A program made the translations under genes and the position numbers. The notes under the pieces were generated by a model. It ran no database searches and was not told the DNA's origin. It saw only the letters and a program-made list of their open reading frames with translations. A stretch of 64,000 nt of DNA from Lama glama. Its lineage: Eukaryota. The stretch lies in NCBI GenBank assembly GCA_028534125.1, contig CM052817.1, positions 48,982,001-49,046,000 of the forward strand, given 5' to 3'. Every line of letters begins with the position of its first letter. Position 1 is the stretch's first letter. This document shows positions 51,701-64,000 of this stretch, in pieces.

Positions 51701-54700
51701 TTCTACCACAAATAATTTGGACTAATCTAATTATTTTTTAAAAATTAAAAAAAAACTTTCTCAACTTACTGTTAACTTAAAATAAATTACAGTGAAGTCA
51801 GATATTAGTGATATTCAGGCAATTTTACTTACAGTGTTTCGTGTCAGAATGGCTAAGAAAATTGAAGATGACTTGTGCTTTCTGACCGAGGTTTTAACTT
51901 TGGCCAATTGAAATCAGAATATTACATGAAGTGGGCAAAAAGTGATCATGTTTCTGATACCAGCCACATTTACTGAATGCTTACTTTGTGCTATGGATTG
52001 CATTAATTGCTTTACATCATTTAATATTTATTATTATATTGTCATTTCATAATTCAAGTTACAGGCTTACAACAAATAAGTAAACTATCTAACACCACGT
52101 GCTGCTAAAAGGTAGAGCTTAGAGTCAAACTCAAGTCTAGTCAGACTTACAGAGTCCCCTTTAAATACCGTGCTATTCGGATCTAAAAGTAGACTATAAA
52201 ACACAATATTTAAATGAAAGCATGAATTAAATACCTGAAATTCAAAAAAAGTTGTCAGTTTTGTTTTCAGAGGGGATCAGTAAACATCTAGAGTCTGTTA
52301 GATTACTTACTATGAATTAACGTTTAGCAAGTGTTAAGGAACAGTAATTTATCAGTGCAGCGTTCTTCTCTTTCCTTGTTACATTTGCCTTTGATAAGCT
52401 TTTAATAAAATTTTACCAGAATGCGTTGGGAGGGCATATCTTCCTTGAGAATGTCCTTCTGCTAAAAAAAAAAAAAGAAAAGAAAAAATTGTTTAATTAA
52501 ATTTTAACATATCCTGGATAATGCTAATATATTTTAAAATGGTAAACATATCTCACCTCAGTGGTACTGGAAACAACTTCCTTAAAAACATTAAAACATG
52601 CCATGTTAGTTTTTTGATTTATTAATTTACATTTCAGGTAAGAATACTAATTAACCAGAGACTATATTGCTAACTAACTGTAATAAACTGACTTTAGCCA
52701 CAAATTCCTGGGTAACTGAGGCAAGATGAATAATTTGAGGTGCATGTTATACTCAAGGTTTCCTTTTCCCTTCTCACTGCTTTAACCAAGGAAGTTATTC
52801 AGAATGTTGAAGGTGGATGTGAAATATTCACTTTTACTGAATTCCCAGAAACTCCACATAACTGAGTTGGTTTTATTTTGTAACGTGAATGAAAGTCTTC
52901 TCCCAAAGTTAAAGGAAGGACCTCATGACCTCCTATGCCTGCTCTTTTTCTCCTTTAGGTTAACAGTGAGCAAAGGATTCCAGTGTCTGATTAGCCTTGA
53001 ATTGGTTGATTTCTACACAGGATAAAACATGTTGATATCATTGGTTTAGAAACATAGCCATTACTGTAATTTTTAATGACAAGATTTAGTTCTATCAAAA
53101 TCTGGGAAGGGCAAAAAAATTAGGAAGAAAAAAATGTTTGGGCAGCACAGATAGTCGGAAAGGATTGCTTGTCCAGAAACAATTCTGTAATTTTGTCTCT
53201 GACAAATATTTGTTTTCATACATCTGTTGGGTTGATATCCATGTGTGTCAAAATGAGGACAGAGCTGTATACAAAGTGCCTTGTGCAATCAGACCTTGTA
53301 GGATATGTAACCTTCATGGTACAATAAGCTTTCATAAACATTTTCTGATTGGGATAATGAATTAACATCAAAATGATTTACCTCACTTGAGCTGCTTCCA
53401 GATACCGTTCGCTTAAAAAAAAAAGAAAATCAGTGTTACTGATCCTGTGATTTTAAAAGTGAAAGGAAACTAGCCCCACACTTTCATACTGGGGTGCTAA
53501 CTCCTTGTTCAGAATTAAAACAAGTGGTATATAAAGGGCCAACACTATGTACTTTCTCGGTCTGTCAATTTCATTTAAAATATGTTGGAGGGGGAAGTAT
53601 AACAACTTCCCTGATAACTTCAAAACAATTTTTTATTAAAACAAGCACAGATACATGATTGACTAGAATGCAAAATATGTTTGAATTTTTGTGATAAAAA
53701 TGAACCTGGAAGGAAGAGCCCTACTGGGTTGGGCTTCCCAGAACCCCAGGCTGAGCATTCATTCTCACATACACTTGGGGCCCTTTTTATGAATAACTTG
53801 GAAACATTAAAATATAACAACCAGTTTAAGTGTGGAGCTAAAATTACATTAGGTTTTTAAAACAGCTATGCTTTGAAATATTGAGTTTTCTTTCCCCTAA
53901 GTCACGGATGTTTATATTTGCATGTGGATATAATTTTTGTTCCCAAGGACATATTTAAAAGATTGACTTTAATATGCAACAGACTATTCATCTCTTGGGA
54001 GACGTGATTAACCAAATTTTTGAGGCTAAGGGATTTTTCCCCATCTTTTTAGATTAGGTGGGCTAGCCCATGGATCCTAAGTAACTGTTGCAGGAGGTTC
54101 TTTCTGCCCCAGGACTGACTGCCCTCAGTGTAGAAGAGAATGAGCTCATACCCTGGATGGCAGAGGCAGGTTTTGGCTTTTGGGTTTTTGGGGTTTTCTT
54201 TTAGTCTTATAGTTCATTTTAAACATTCATGCAATTTTGCTTTTTACTCTTTATTTTAATAAATAAGCAATGTTTTTTGTTAGAGCAGACAGAAATGAGC
54301 AGAGAAAGGGGGAACCGGCCAAATGGCAGGAAACCATACATCTTGTGAACAACAGGGTTAGTTGGGCAGACAGAGAAAAGCAGGAACCTCAGGACTGATA
54401 AGAATTCACACATTTTGGGGTGACAGGTGTTCTGGAAGCAGGAAAAGAAAGGTGGGGAAGGCAGGAATCTCCAGCATCTAAATGTAACCCTTTGTTCACT
54501 ATGCTCTCATTACAATAAAATCAGCCTCGCGGATCAGAAGTACCTACTATGCCACAACACTTTCAAACAAGATTAAATAAGAACAAAAATCTCTCCTCCC
54601 CTTGGGAAGGTGGAGCTGGGATGAAAATCAGGGAATACGACCCCAAACCCCTCCCTCTCCAACGAACATTCCGCCCATTTAAGTTTACACTCTACTAGTA

Positions 54701-57700
54701 ACCAGCTTGCCAAAGAAACTCAGCACAGCTGCTCACCTGAGGCTGCCCGCTCTCCCCTTGAGAGCGTCCTATCTATACCTTCATAAATCCTCACTTTACT
54801 TTCTTGACCTCAGTGTCTCATCTCTGAATTCTTTCTGCGAGGAGACAAGAACCTAATCTCTGCCAAACTCTTCACTGATTATCATTTAAATGACAAATTC
54901 TCTCCTCTAATGTTAACTATATCTGGCGCAGCATTGTACATTCTTGGCTATAATAGTCCTGGTTGAAAAGTTCAATCTTGCTCAATTTGAGAAGACAGCT
55001 TTGATAAAGTAAAGCATAGCACACATACTATGTATAATACATAAGTATACAGTTTATTAAAACAAAGGTCTTACCTCAGTGTCTTCCATGATGTGATCCT
55101 GAGAAAAGAAAAGAGAATTAACTTTATTTTTTATGATAAATATTCAGATGTAAAAACAACAATTACCAAATATATAGATGCCAAAGAAAATATAAATTTG
55201 AGACAATAGCCAAGTGATAAGGAAAACAAAATAGCCTGCCTACCAGGCTAACCAAAGAATTTACCTCTCTAATCTGCATTTCAGAGTTCAACAAAAACTA
55301 CCATAGATTCTTATATGTTGTGGTAAATCAATGTAAATAATCCTTATTTTCTTTTAATGAGCTCTACTTCTTTCTTTAACTTGGTCTTGGATGTTAAGCA
55401 TTATATTAAAAAGGTGATGTGGTAAATAAAAGTACATTAGTTCAATGGCATATAAATATTTAAGCAAAATGGATTTTTTTCCAACTGGTGTGTTGCGTTC
55501 AGTTTTCATGACCAAAGCAATTATATTAAAAAGGTGTTGTGGTAAATAAAAGTACATTAGTTCAATGGCATATGAATATTTAAGCAAAATGGATTTTTTT
55601 CCAACTGGTGTGTTGTGTTCAGTTTTCATGACCAAAGCAATAGACAGAGTAGTGACATGATCCATAGAATTTGAGTGTTGGTTTAGTTATTCAGTTAATT
55701 CTGGCTTTCATATGCTATGCTGTATTTTCTCTTCTTTGAATTAGAGATATCTGTCTTAGTTTTGACTTAAGAGACTTATTTATTCATTTTGGGCAGGGTA
55801 TTTAAAGGAAATGTTTTTACGTCTTTCTTTTCCTTATATTTAATAGTTTAAAAATAATCTTACTTCGGTTGGTTCGTTCCTAGTATCCTGTCAAGAAAAG
55901 ATAATCAAAGATAATCATTCAGGTATGAAGAATAGTTATGAAGATATTTATTTTATCTCACAAATTTTGAGCATCTGTGTGATCTCTTAATGGCCTCTAT
56001 TAAAAATCTGGTAGAGAATCCAGATCCAAAAAATCATTTTTCAAGAAAGTGAATAATAACTAATTATGTAAAACATTCTTAGAGCAGATACGTTGCTTTA
56101 TATAATACCCTGAATAAATCATTCTTTCAGTTTTGATACTAAGTGCAGACAACTGTCTGTAATTGCATTCATTCATTCATTCATTTATTCATTCATACTA
56201 AGGCCCTGTCTCCTCACAGCTTTAAAGTTAATCAATAAAATCAATATTTAGAATTCTCAGTAGAATTCATCAGCCATTTTGAAAGTTTATGGAAAGTATA
56301 AATGAAGTAAGACAAATATTCTTTTTCTAAATTAAAACACTTTCTCTACTGCAAGAATACATTTTTTTGCCACATTATCTTAAGAAAAGGTTGGTGCCTT
56401 GAGTTCATCACTCTGTTTCTCTCAGAAGTTCTCTCAGCTGAAACCAATAAAGTGTAACTTGTAAAATACATTTTTGAAAGGACTAACTTTTAAAATAATT
56501 TAAATATCATTGATGGTCCTTACCTTCAGTTCATCGATGTTCTCCTTAAGGATAGGAAACAAGAGAGAAACATTAGTAAAGAGGGACACAAATGAATGGA
56601 TAACTATGAGAAAACATACCTTACATTGCTACTGCAAATTAAAAAATGAATGTGCTTTTTTGTGACTGCACTAATATTTCTTGCTATATTATTTCTTGCA
56701 TTAAGTGTCTCCTTGCTAAGCTTTCTTTACTTAAAGTTGTCAGTATGTAAATGTGCACTTAAAAATATTTTAAAATTTTGTCCCACTAAATTTTGTTGTT
56801 CTTATCTTTCATTTTGTTTTAGTCATTATTCTGAATTCTCTTGATCTCATCTATCTGGTTCAATAAAGCTAGTGTTTATTTCCATAAAAAGGCAGTAAAG
56901 AATTGGCACAACACCACAATACTTACTGGAGAGAACAAAATTTGCTTCCATTTGTTAACTCTACAGTATATCTTGTGGACAATTTCTTACCTGTCTAAAC
57001 TGAATGGGTGAAACCTACAGAAAAAGAGGAAGGTTATGTTAAAAATCATTCAGACAAAGTTGGGTTGCCTATCAAATATTTTACACAGTGTCCTTGAAGT
57101 AAAATTTCTGTTTGTGTACTACTTGACAAGTCAGTCACAAAATTATTGAAAATACAACACATAGTGTATTATCTAGAGATAAAGAACATTCCATTATAAT
57201 GAGCATGGAAATCGTAAAATTCTACATAGGCTATGCAAATGAAAACATGAGTGTTTTGCAAAGGTACAAATTAAAATTTAAAGCAGCTTTTTAATATTTG
57301 TTTATCTGATTTCAATATTCTTTTTCGGTGCTTGGAAGAGTGAATGAAGTAAAGGTTTAATCAAGTCAAGTGAAAAAACATTTGCAAACAAAAATTATGT
57401 TGATTTTTCAAGAATTTGGCTGTCATTTTAGAAGAATAAGTGGGTAACACTTACCACTGCTAACTCAAGAATCTTTCTTTTGTTGAGGACTTCCTGTAGA
57501 AATTAAATTGTGAATTATAAAAAGGAAAAATACACCCCAAAAGGAGTATGTTTTCCATTTGAACAAAAGTTCTCTGTTCACTTAGTAAACTAGAATATTT
57601 CTTAGGTGAAATAAGAGAATTAGTTGTAGTTCTAGGATCTAATTTTAAAATCTAAAGGAGGTACCATATTTGGTTCCTTCTTTACCAGACCCACAAGTTT

Positions 57701-60044
57701 AGTAACATACTTATCAAATGTCAAAGGAGGGATTGAATAGGAATTTAATTAAAACAGACAATTAAGAGAGTAATCCAAGTACCTTGTGTACCTGGATACA
57801 ATTGAAGGAAAATAAATGAAATGAGGAAGACATGAAATAGTCATCATAGCTAATTGAAAGAGAGAATAGCTGGGGGAAAGAAAGAACTTTACCTGTATGC
57901 TGTCTGGTTCATTCTGCAAAGAATAAAAAAATTAGTAAAAGGTATTAATTCCATTAGAGGACAGAGTGGATTAATGGCTGTTGTAGAAGGGTGTGGAAGA
58001 TTCAGTGTGTAAAATGAGAGCAAATTGCAAATTATATGTTTGAGTGCAAGTAAAAGAGCTAGAAAGAAGCAATAATAATTTAAAATAAATCATGCTAACA
58101 TATCCTTAACTATTGCTCTTGAATAATAAGGTATTAATTAATCATAAATATTTATGTAAGTCTATGTGCCTTCTTTCTAAGATGGTTTGTGAGAACAGAT
58201 CGATATTCAGTTCAATATTTGACCTGAAGATATTATACCTCAGTGAATATGAAACTGACTTTATAGAGAGGGGAGGCACAGGACTAGAGTCTATGTATTA
58301 CCGATACATCACCACTTAAGTTCCACAGTTAGAGTGAGTTCTCAGAACATAGACTAGAACACTCACTTGAAAGACTTCTGGGTACCTGAGAGGATATTTC
58401 TGTGAAAAACAAAGCAAGAATTATATAACAATAAAATAAAACAAAAAGCAATCAAAGTATAATAATAATAAGATCACAATGTACATATAATACTATGAAT
58501 TTAACATTGCTATTTAAGAAAAGTTTGTATTTTAATAGCTAAATCTGTCTGACACCAAGTTTTTCTGGGAGGAAAAAGTATATTTTATTGACAAAAATTT
58601 AAAAAGTAAATTATTTCCTCTCTTTAGAGTATGGTGGAGAATTGAGAAAACTATGTAAAAAGACTTCAAAAAAACCCAAAAAAACTCTGAACTAGTTTGA
58701 GTTAATCCAGAATGATGAAGAAATGATTTAGTTTTCTGAACAATTTATATTACATGGTAGTTCTAAAAGTGAATTTAAACCATTATACATTTTTGGAGCA
58801 AAATGTATACTTTTCCTAATTAAATGTTGCTTGTCTGGATTTTATTTCTATCACCAATTAAATCATACAAAAATTTATCTCAATCTTCATTTTAACTGTG
58901 GAGACAAAATTTATGTTTGTTAAGTGGTAACATTAAAAATGATGTGGGTTATTTTGGAATAGGACTGTAGGAAACTATTTTTTTGCTGGGGAAACTATAC
59001 CCATTTCATTTGTAAAAGAACAAGATAAGGACTACTCCAGTGATACATTTCTGAAGGACTTGGATTTATTTTTGTAACTTACTGTCAGAGATTTCTTCCT
59101 ATTAGTGTTTAGGGTGTAGCATAAACAAAACTCTGTTAAGAAGTTAAGAAGTTGAGTTTTTGGTGATCCTGCATTTTCTAAATATGGATATAGAAAATTG
59201 GAGTCCAACAGAATATCTCAGCATTTCAGAAACTTGCATCTGTATTTGATAGTTTCAATATCCAAACATCCAAGACCATTATTTTATCTGAATTGTTTTC
59301 TTGTAAGGTGATTCCTGTTTACTCCTTTCACTGCACTAGCTGTGCATCACAAGGGAAAACAGAATAACTTTTTGCTTTATGTAAGTAACTGAATAGCTTT
59401 TTGTTTTATTTTTGAGAAGGGTTATTTTGATTTACATTATCTAATTTCACTGTCTACAGGGACCACAAACAATTCAATCTCCTAATCAGCAGAATGAGCC
59501 TAATTTTCTATACCTGGGGAAACTTTGGTTGACTCAAGACATCTCAAATGAGGGTTGACTTAAGCTCCAAAAGTAGAAAATACTGGACTATACGGCTTTA
59601 TGTTATATTTGGTAAAGACATACATTGGACACATATGTTTACAAATACGCTAATTCTGTAACGGATGCAGGGAAAGAGCCTCATGTCATTCTTTGATGCT
59701 CTTTGTTACACTGTTTGATACCTTATTTCTTCTATTCTTTACTTTTTTATTATTATTATTTTTTATCATGAGAGATTTATATTTCAAGCGGAGATTTTAT
59801 TTGGAGTCAAGACTGAATGAACTACATAATAATGACCAAAATGTGAAGGATTCTCATAGTTTTAATATAAAGACTCCAATAGCTAATTAGAGATCATCCA
59901 ACACTTTATTATCCTCAGTATCTTGTGTTTGATGTGGTATCAGGTGATTTCAAACAGGAACCCAGAACCTTCTAAGTTCTCTGTGGTACTCACAGGCCTG
60001 GCAAGCGCAACAGCCACAAGGCAGGTAAGGATGAGAAGCTTCAT
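46183..60044 (-). CDS. CSN1S1: Alpha-s1-casein precursor, 230 aa (MKLLILTCLVAVALARPKYPLRYPEVFQNEPDSIQEVLNKRKILELAV...SGSSSSEEVVSSTTE...EQAYFHLEPFQQFFQLGASPYVAWYYPPQ...KTDVMPQWW)
   Basis: complement join(59994-60044, 58367-58399, 57893-57913, 57455-57493, 56991-57014, 56524-56544, 55864-55887, 55075-55098, 53382-53411, 52557-52580, 52417-52461, 51517-51558, 50137-50154, 49998-50039, 49611-49652, 48757-48783, 47717-47740, 46772-46932, 46183). All introns are GT-AG. The stop codon TG|A is split across exons 19/20 (exon 20 = 46140-46183). Exon 2 starts at 60056. Confidence 0.97.
48697..48750. repeat. (AC)27 microsatellite directly downstream of the CSN1S1 exon 17 donor
   Basis: Seen directly. 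Confidence 0.95.
54278..54867 (+). mobile_element. ERV1-like solo LTR in CSN1S1 intron 9
   Basis: Starts tgttag; typical U5 end tctctgaattctttctgcgaggagacaagaacc; GC-richer than its flanks. Confidence 0.65.
55401..55640. repeat. Near-perfect 120-bp tandem duplication in CSN1S1 intron 8
   Basis: 55401-55520 and 55521-55640 differ at only a few positions. Confidence 0.95.
56398..56437 (-). pseudogene. Decayed CSN1S1 pseudo-exon (homolog of horse QRELLKEKQKDEHK / human QRNILREKQTDEIK)
   Basis: tttcag|CTGAGAGAACTTCTGAGAGAAACAGAGTGATGAACTCAAG|gcacca: 40 nt, frameshifted, weak GC donor. Confidence 0.7.
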
Positions 60045-61477
60045 GGTGGTCGAGACCTAGGTAAGAAAACAACAGAAAAAGAGTAAGGTCTGATAATAAA
60101 ATTTGGTTTCATATACAAAAAAAAATCCTTGATTTCCCAACAAAGGAGTGTGTTATGATAAAAATAGTTTCATTTGAGTAATATTTTTACTAATTTAAAT
60201 TTTTAATTTTGCTATTCAATATAAATGTTAATCATTCAAATTATCTTGCTTAGTGCTTGTGTGAGATAAGAAATACCAGTCTCTTACTAATATTTTTATT
60301 CACTAACACTCTAAAACAACACATTTGATCCATGAAGTGGTAATAGGGTTTTGTCAGAAGAATAGAGAGGCATTCATATTTAAATACTACTCAATTTTTA
60401 AATATTTCAGTTAAAATTTTAAAAAATTCCTCTTAGATCATTAGATTTGTTAAAATGTATAGTAAACTAAAACCCACTGAACCCATTTAATTTAATCTGA
60501 CATTTTAAAAAAATGTCTTTCTCTTTTAAATCTATTTTAGAGCATCCTGCTCATTCAGAGTCTTTAAGAAAAACACTGTTGGTGCATTATATAGAAACTT
60601 ATCTTCCATGAATTATTTTCTTAAAGAATTTAGCCATTATTTTATATTTTGCTGCATTGGTATATTCATGACATGACTATATGAAGAAGACTGAACTGGA
60701 CAGAATCATAAGATTCAGATGTCATATCATGTTTGACTTCTAGAGTTCCATCAAATTATAAGAACCTAGAAATACTTGCATTTACATGTGCTGGAAAAAT
60801 GGTTTCCAGAAAAATTAGAAAAAAATACAGATCATACATACTTTATTCAACAAACTAATACCGTCATATTTTATATATACAGTTTCAGTTTACAAACTGC
60901 AGAATCTGAATGCATTAGTAAAGAAGACATATTTATAAACCCAAAATAAATTTACTACTTTTATCCACTTGCATCCTTCCAAATATTCAACTATAACCAT
61001 CTTTACAAAAGTAGTTAGTTATATCTATTTGTCTATCTTTAACATATCCTTTATAGAATTAATTTAGTTAAACTTATGCATGGAAAAGAGTGGCCTTGAA
61101 ATATTCTACCAGAAATGCTCTTACCCATGACACTTAAAAAGATTATAAATTATTCTGCATAACAACTTTCCATAGAATTGAATAAAGATAATTCAACTTA
61201 CTTCACCACAAGTCTTTACTGAAATTATGTATCTACTATGAGAATCTATGAGAATTTAGTTACCAAGTCATCAAAAAATTATTTGATGTTTATAAAACTA
61301 TATGATTTTTCACCTAAAGCTAAAGATAGATAGTATCAACATTTGCAAATGCATTTTTAAGCTACAGACACCAAGTTATCAATATTTGAAAAGTTACAAA
61401 TGCATATAAATGAGGAGTGGAAAGAAAGTTTAGACAAAGTGAAATCATCATAATTTTGCCAAATGTAAACATAATAC

Positions 61478-61530
61478 CTCGAACCCAAGACTGGGAAGAA
61501 GCAGCAAACTGGGTCGATGATCAAGGAGAT
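61478..61530 (-). other. CSN1S1: CSN1S1 non-coding exon 1
   Basis: ATCTCCTTGATCATCGACCCAGTTTGCTGCTTCTTCCCAGTCTTGGGTTCGAG|gtatta, 53 nt, matches the recalled ruminant exon 1. Confidence 0.9.
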
Positions 61531-61700
61531 GACAGATCTCTTTATTTCACAACTATTTAAATCTAATGATTAGTAAGATGCTAATTTTGTGGTTTCAGTT
61601 CAACCAATAGGTTTATTTAAATTCTAAGAATCCTCTCAAATAGGAAATTAATTTTCTGTCCAATTCTTCTCCCAAGAAATTCTGAGGAGAGTTTTCAACA
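61531..61700 (-). promoter_or_regulatory. CSN1S1: CSN1S1 proximal promoter
   Basis: TTTAAAT box at 61555-61561; aaaccacaaaattagcat box shared with CSN2; perfect GAS TTCTAAGAA at 61622-61630. Confidence 0.85.
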
Positions 61701-64000
61701 AAGGAGTGATTCATGCTATGACAGCAAATTATACAAGGAATAGAATGACATTATTCAAAATTAAAATACAAAAAAATTTAGATTATGGTAATTATGAGAA
61801 CACAGTTTTATGTTAAATGAATAATTGGAAAGACTGTTACATCAATAAGATTCCCTTTATTTTTGAATTTTTAAAAATTTCAAAATCTATAAAGAAAATT
61901 CTTGGGACAAAACAGGGTCTTCAAAAGTTTTCAAATTTTATCAGCTTACTAGACCATGAAAAGAATTCATTATCTATTTCACCTTTTAAACTCAGTTTGT
62001 TTCCTATTATTTATTTTAATTGTTTACTTTGTGGAGTAACATTATATGTAGTATGATCTATTTTTTCCAAAAAGAAAATACAGCTGTCCTATAAAATTTG
62101 GTGGTATTATTAACCACACCAAATAATTTTTGTTTTCTTTATTTTGAGTGTGTTTGTTATGACAGCATTCATTCATTAATTTCATTATTAGATTGTTTAA
62201 TTGAAAGTAATAATTATTCAAGAATTATAATTTTAAAATGTTGCAAAAAATCAATTATGATATTCCACCTTTTAAAGTAAATAAAAAGAAAAAATGAAAA
62301 TTCTTCTCTCCAAATCTTAATTGTACTCTTAGAATTAAGTGGCATAATACACTTAAAAACTATTATATGCTAAAGAAAATATCCATACATAGAGTTTTTA
62401 CAAATTATTGTTGATTGTGACTGCTTATTTACAAAGAAAGAGTCATTCATATTACATTTTAAATTTTAAAAAAGCTTTAATGATATTTACAGTCTATTCA
62501 CAGTCATATGACAGGAACATTACTTTGGGTTAAAAGAAATTTCAAAGTGGTACAGGCTCTCTACAGTGGGGATAGAAAAAGATTGCAGTTTTCCATATTG
62601 AAGTTCTCTTTCGGTAATAGTTCCTTGATGACTGCATCACATCAGTTTCAGCAGGTACTAGTCTTTTTTTTTTTTTCCTGTTTACTCTTATTTATTCAAG
62701 GGGCTGAGGACAAACATCCTCAGCTGCACTATAATACCTTGTTTTTGTCTTTACCTAAGAGTGTATCCAGCATAACTGACTTATTTTACTCCCAACTCAA
62801 AATCATACTATATGAAAATTGACTGTAATTTGTGAAAAGCTACTGTAACCTCATTTGTTTATTCATTATTTTTTTTACTTATTCACAGAGGTGTAGAAAC
62901 TAGACAAGGCACTGGGAATATAAAAATTGATCAAGACAAAATTCCTAGTCTCACAATATAATGGATAATTAATATACAAAAAAGCAAATAATTTTAGTAT
63001 GTTTAATGTTAATACTTTTGATAGCCCCAAAATAGAGATTTAAACAGGGCCCCGGAGTACCTAGGAACAGATGAAACTGGAGGGAGACTGCACAAGGCTT
63101 CTTAGATAGATTTGATAATAATAAGCCTTGCCATCAAATGGGAATAATCAGACTTTTTTAAAAGTCTAATCTGTGTCATAAGACAAGCAAAGTCTTAATG
63201 AACCTGTATAACTACTGTGGGAATTCTCCTGAACTAAAAATCCAGATTTTTCTGTCTCGTATGGACAAGGATCAGTTTCCACTTTGTCTTAATGAGGTAT
63301 AGGATATAGTTACTTGGATTTGTATTTTTTAATAAATCATTCTTATCATTGTAAAATATAATTGTTCATTGTAGATTCATACAATGCCAAATCCTGCAAA
63401 ATTCGAGCCTACATATATTTGCTTTATATTGATATTTTCCATTTGCTTTTATCACTTTCACCACTAAAATAAGGCTCAAATTTGAGACACATATTTAGAC
63501 AATTTGTAGTCAGATGAGCCTTTGCCCTATGAGTTAGGAAAAAAATGAGACTACTACCTAAATGTCAATTTTCTAATGTAATAAATTCATACACAGTGTG
63601 AACATATAATTGATCATACAACATTGAACATTTATGATAACGAAGTGTCTACTCTTAACAGTTGTAACAAAACAACAGACATAAACCAGGACAATTTTAA
63701 GCACACCAACGCATAGCTATTGTAGTGACAACTGGTGTTGAAAATGCAACAGAATCCCCAAACAAATGAAAGTGGATATAGGTCAGATAAGAGAAAACTA
63801 AGTAGAGAGCTTTCTTGTTTTTCAAGTTTCAATATTGGAAAAATTCTTTCTTTGAAGTCATACTTATTAGAAAAGCTAATTAGCACAAAAATAAGAGGGA
63901 ACAATATTAGCAATAGACATTTTAAAGGTTTTTGAAAAGAAAAATACTATGAGCCAAGAGGTAAACTTTACTACACAAGGTTATGTATACTGTTGCTGCA

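Noticed and set aside
55354..55665. 103-aa ORF with an internal repeat
   Set aside because: Produced by the 120-bp intronic tandem duplication
57783..57801. Possible pseudo-exon in CSN1S1 intron 4 (similar weak candidate near 59083-59098)
   Set aside because: Ambiguous acceptor and no recognisable casein peptide
1..64000. CRISPR arrays, rRNA/tRNA genes or prokaryotic operons
   Set aside because: None seen; the tandem repeats have no spacers and the sequence is an intron-rich mammalian locus

Overview
This is mammalian genomic DNA: part of the casein/SCPP gene cluster of a camelid. The beta- and alpha-s1-casein sequences look more like llama/alpaca than dromedary, judged from recalled protein sequences. 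Reading splice sites by hand gives three complete genes. (1) CSN1S1 (alpha-s1-casein) lies on the minus strand with 21 exons, ~44907-61530, encoding 230 aa. (2) CSN2 (beta-casein) lies on the plus strand with 9 exons, ~30046-37813, encoding 232 aa; its promoter and a BCE-1-like enhancer are present. (3) A histatherin/statherin-family gene (HSTN-like) lies on the minus strand with 6 exons, ~11420-18728, encoding 64 aa; the ORF track misses it entirely. The first ~5 kb is an old duplicate of that gene's promoter, exon 1 and part of intron 1, i.e. the 5' end of a second STATH/HSTN paralog that runs off the left edge. The rest is AT-rich intron/intergenic DNA with L1, MaLR/ERV LTR, ERVL pol relic, MER and MIR/L2 repeats, microsatellites and a 500-N gap. 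Most notable: the histatherin-like peptide has no His, carries a Trp/Lys/Arg motif (KRFWKWRK) and ends in YPFP. CSN1S1 contains a frameshifted fossil exon matching a horse/human coding exon. The proximal CSN2 STAT5 site is non-consensus. No prokaryotic-type systems are present, and almost all listed ORFs are spurious.
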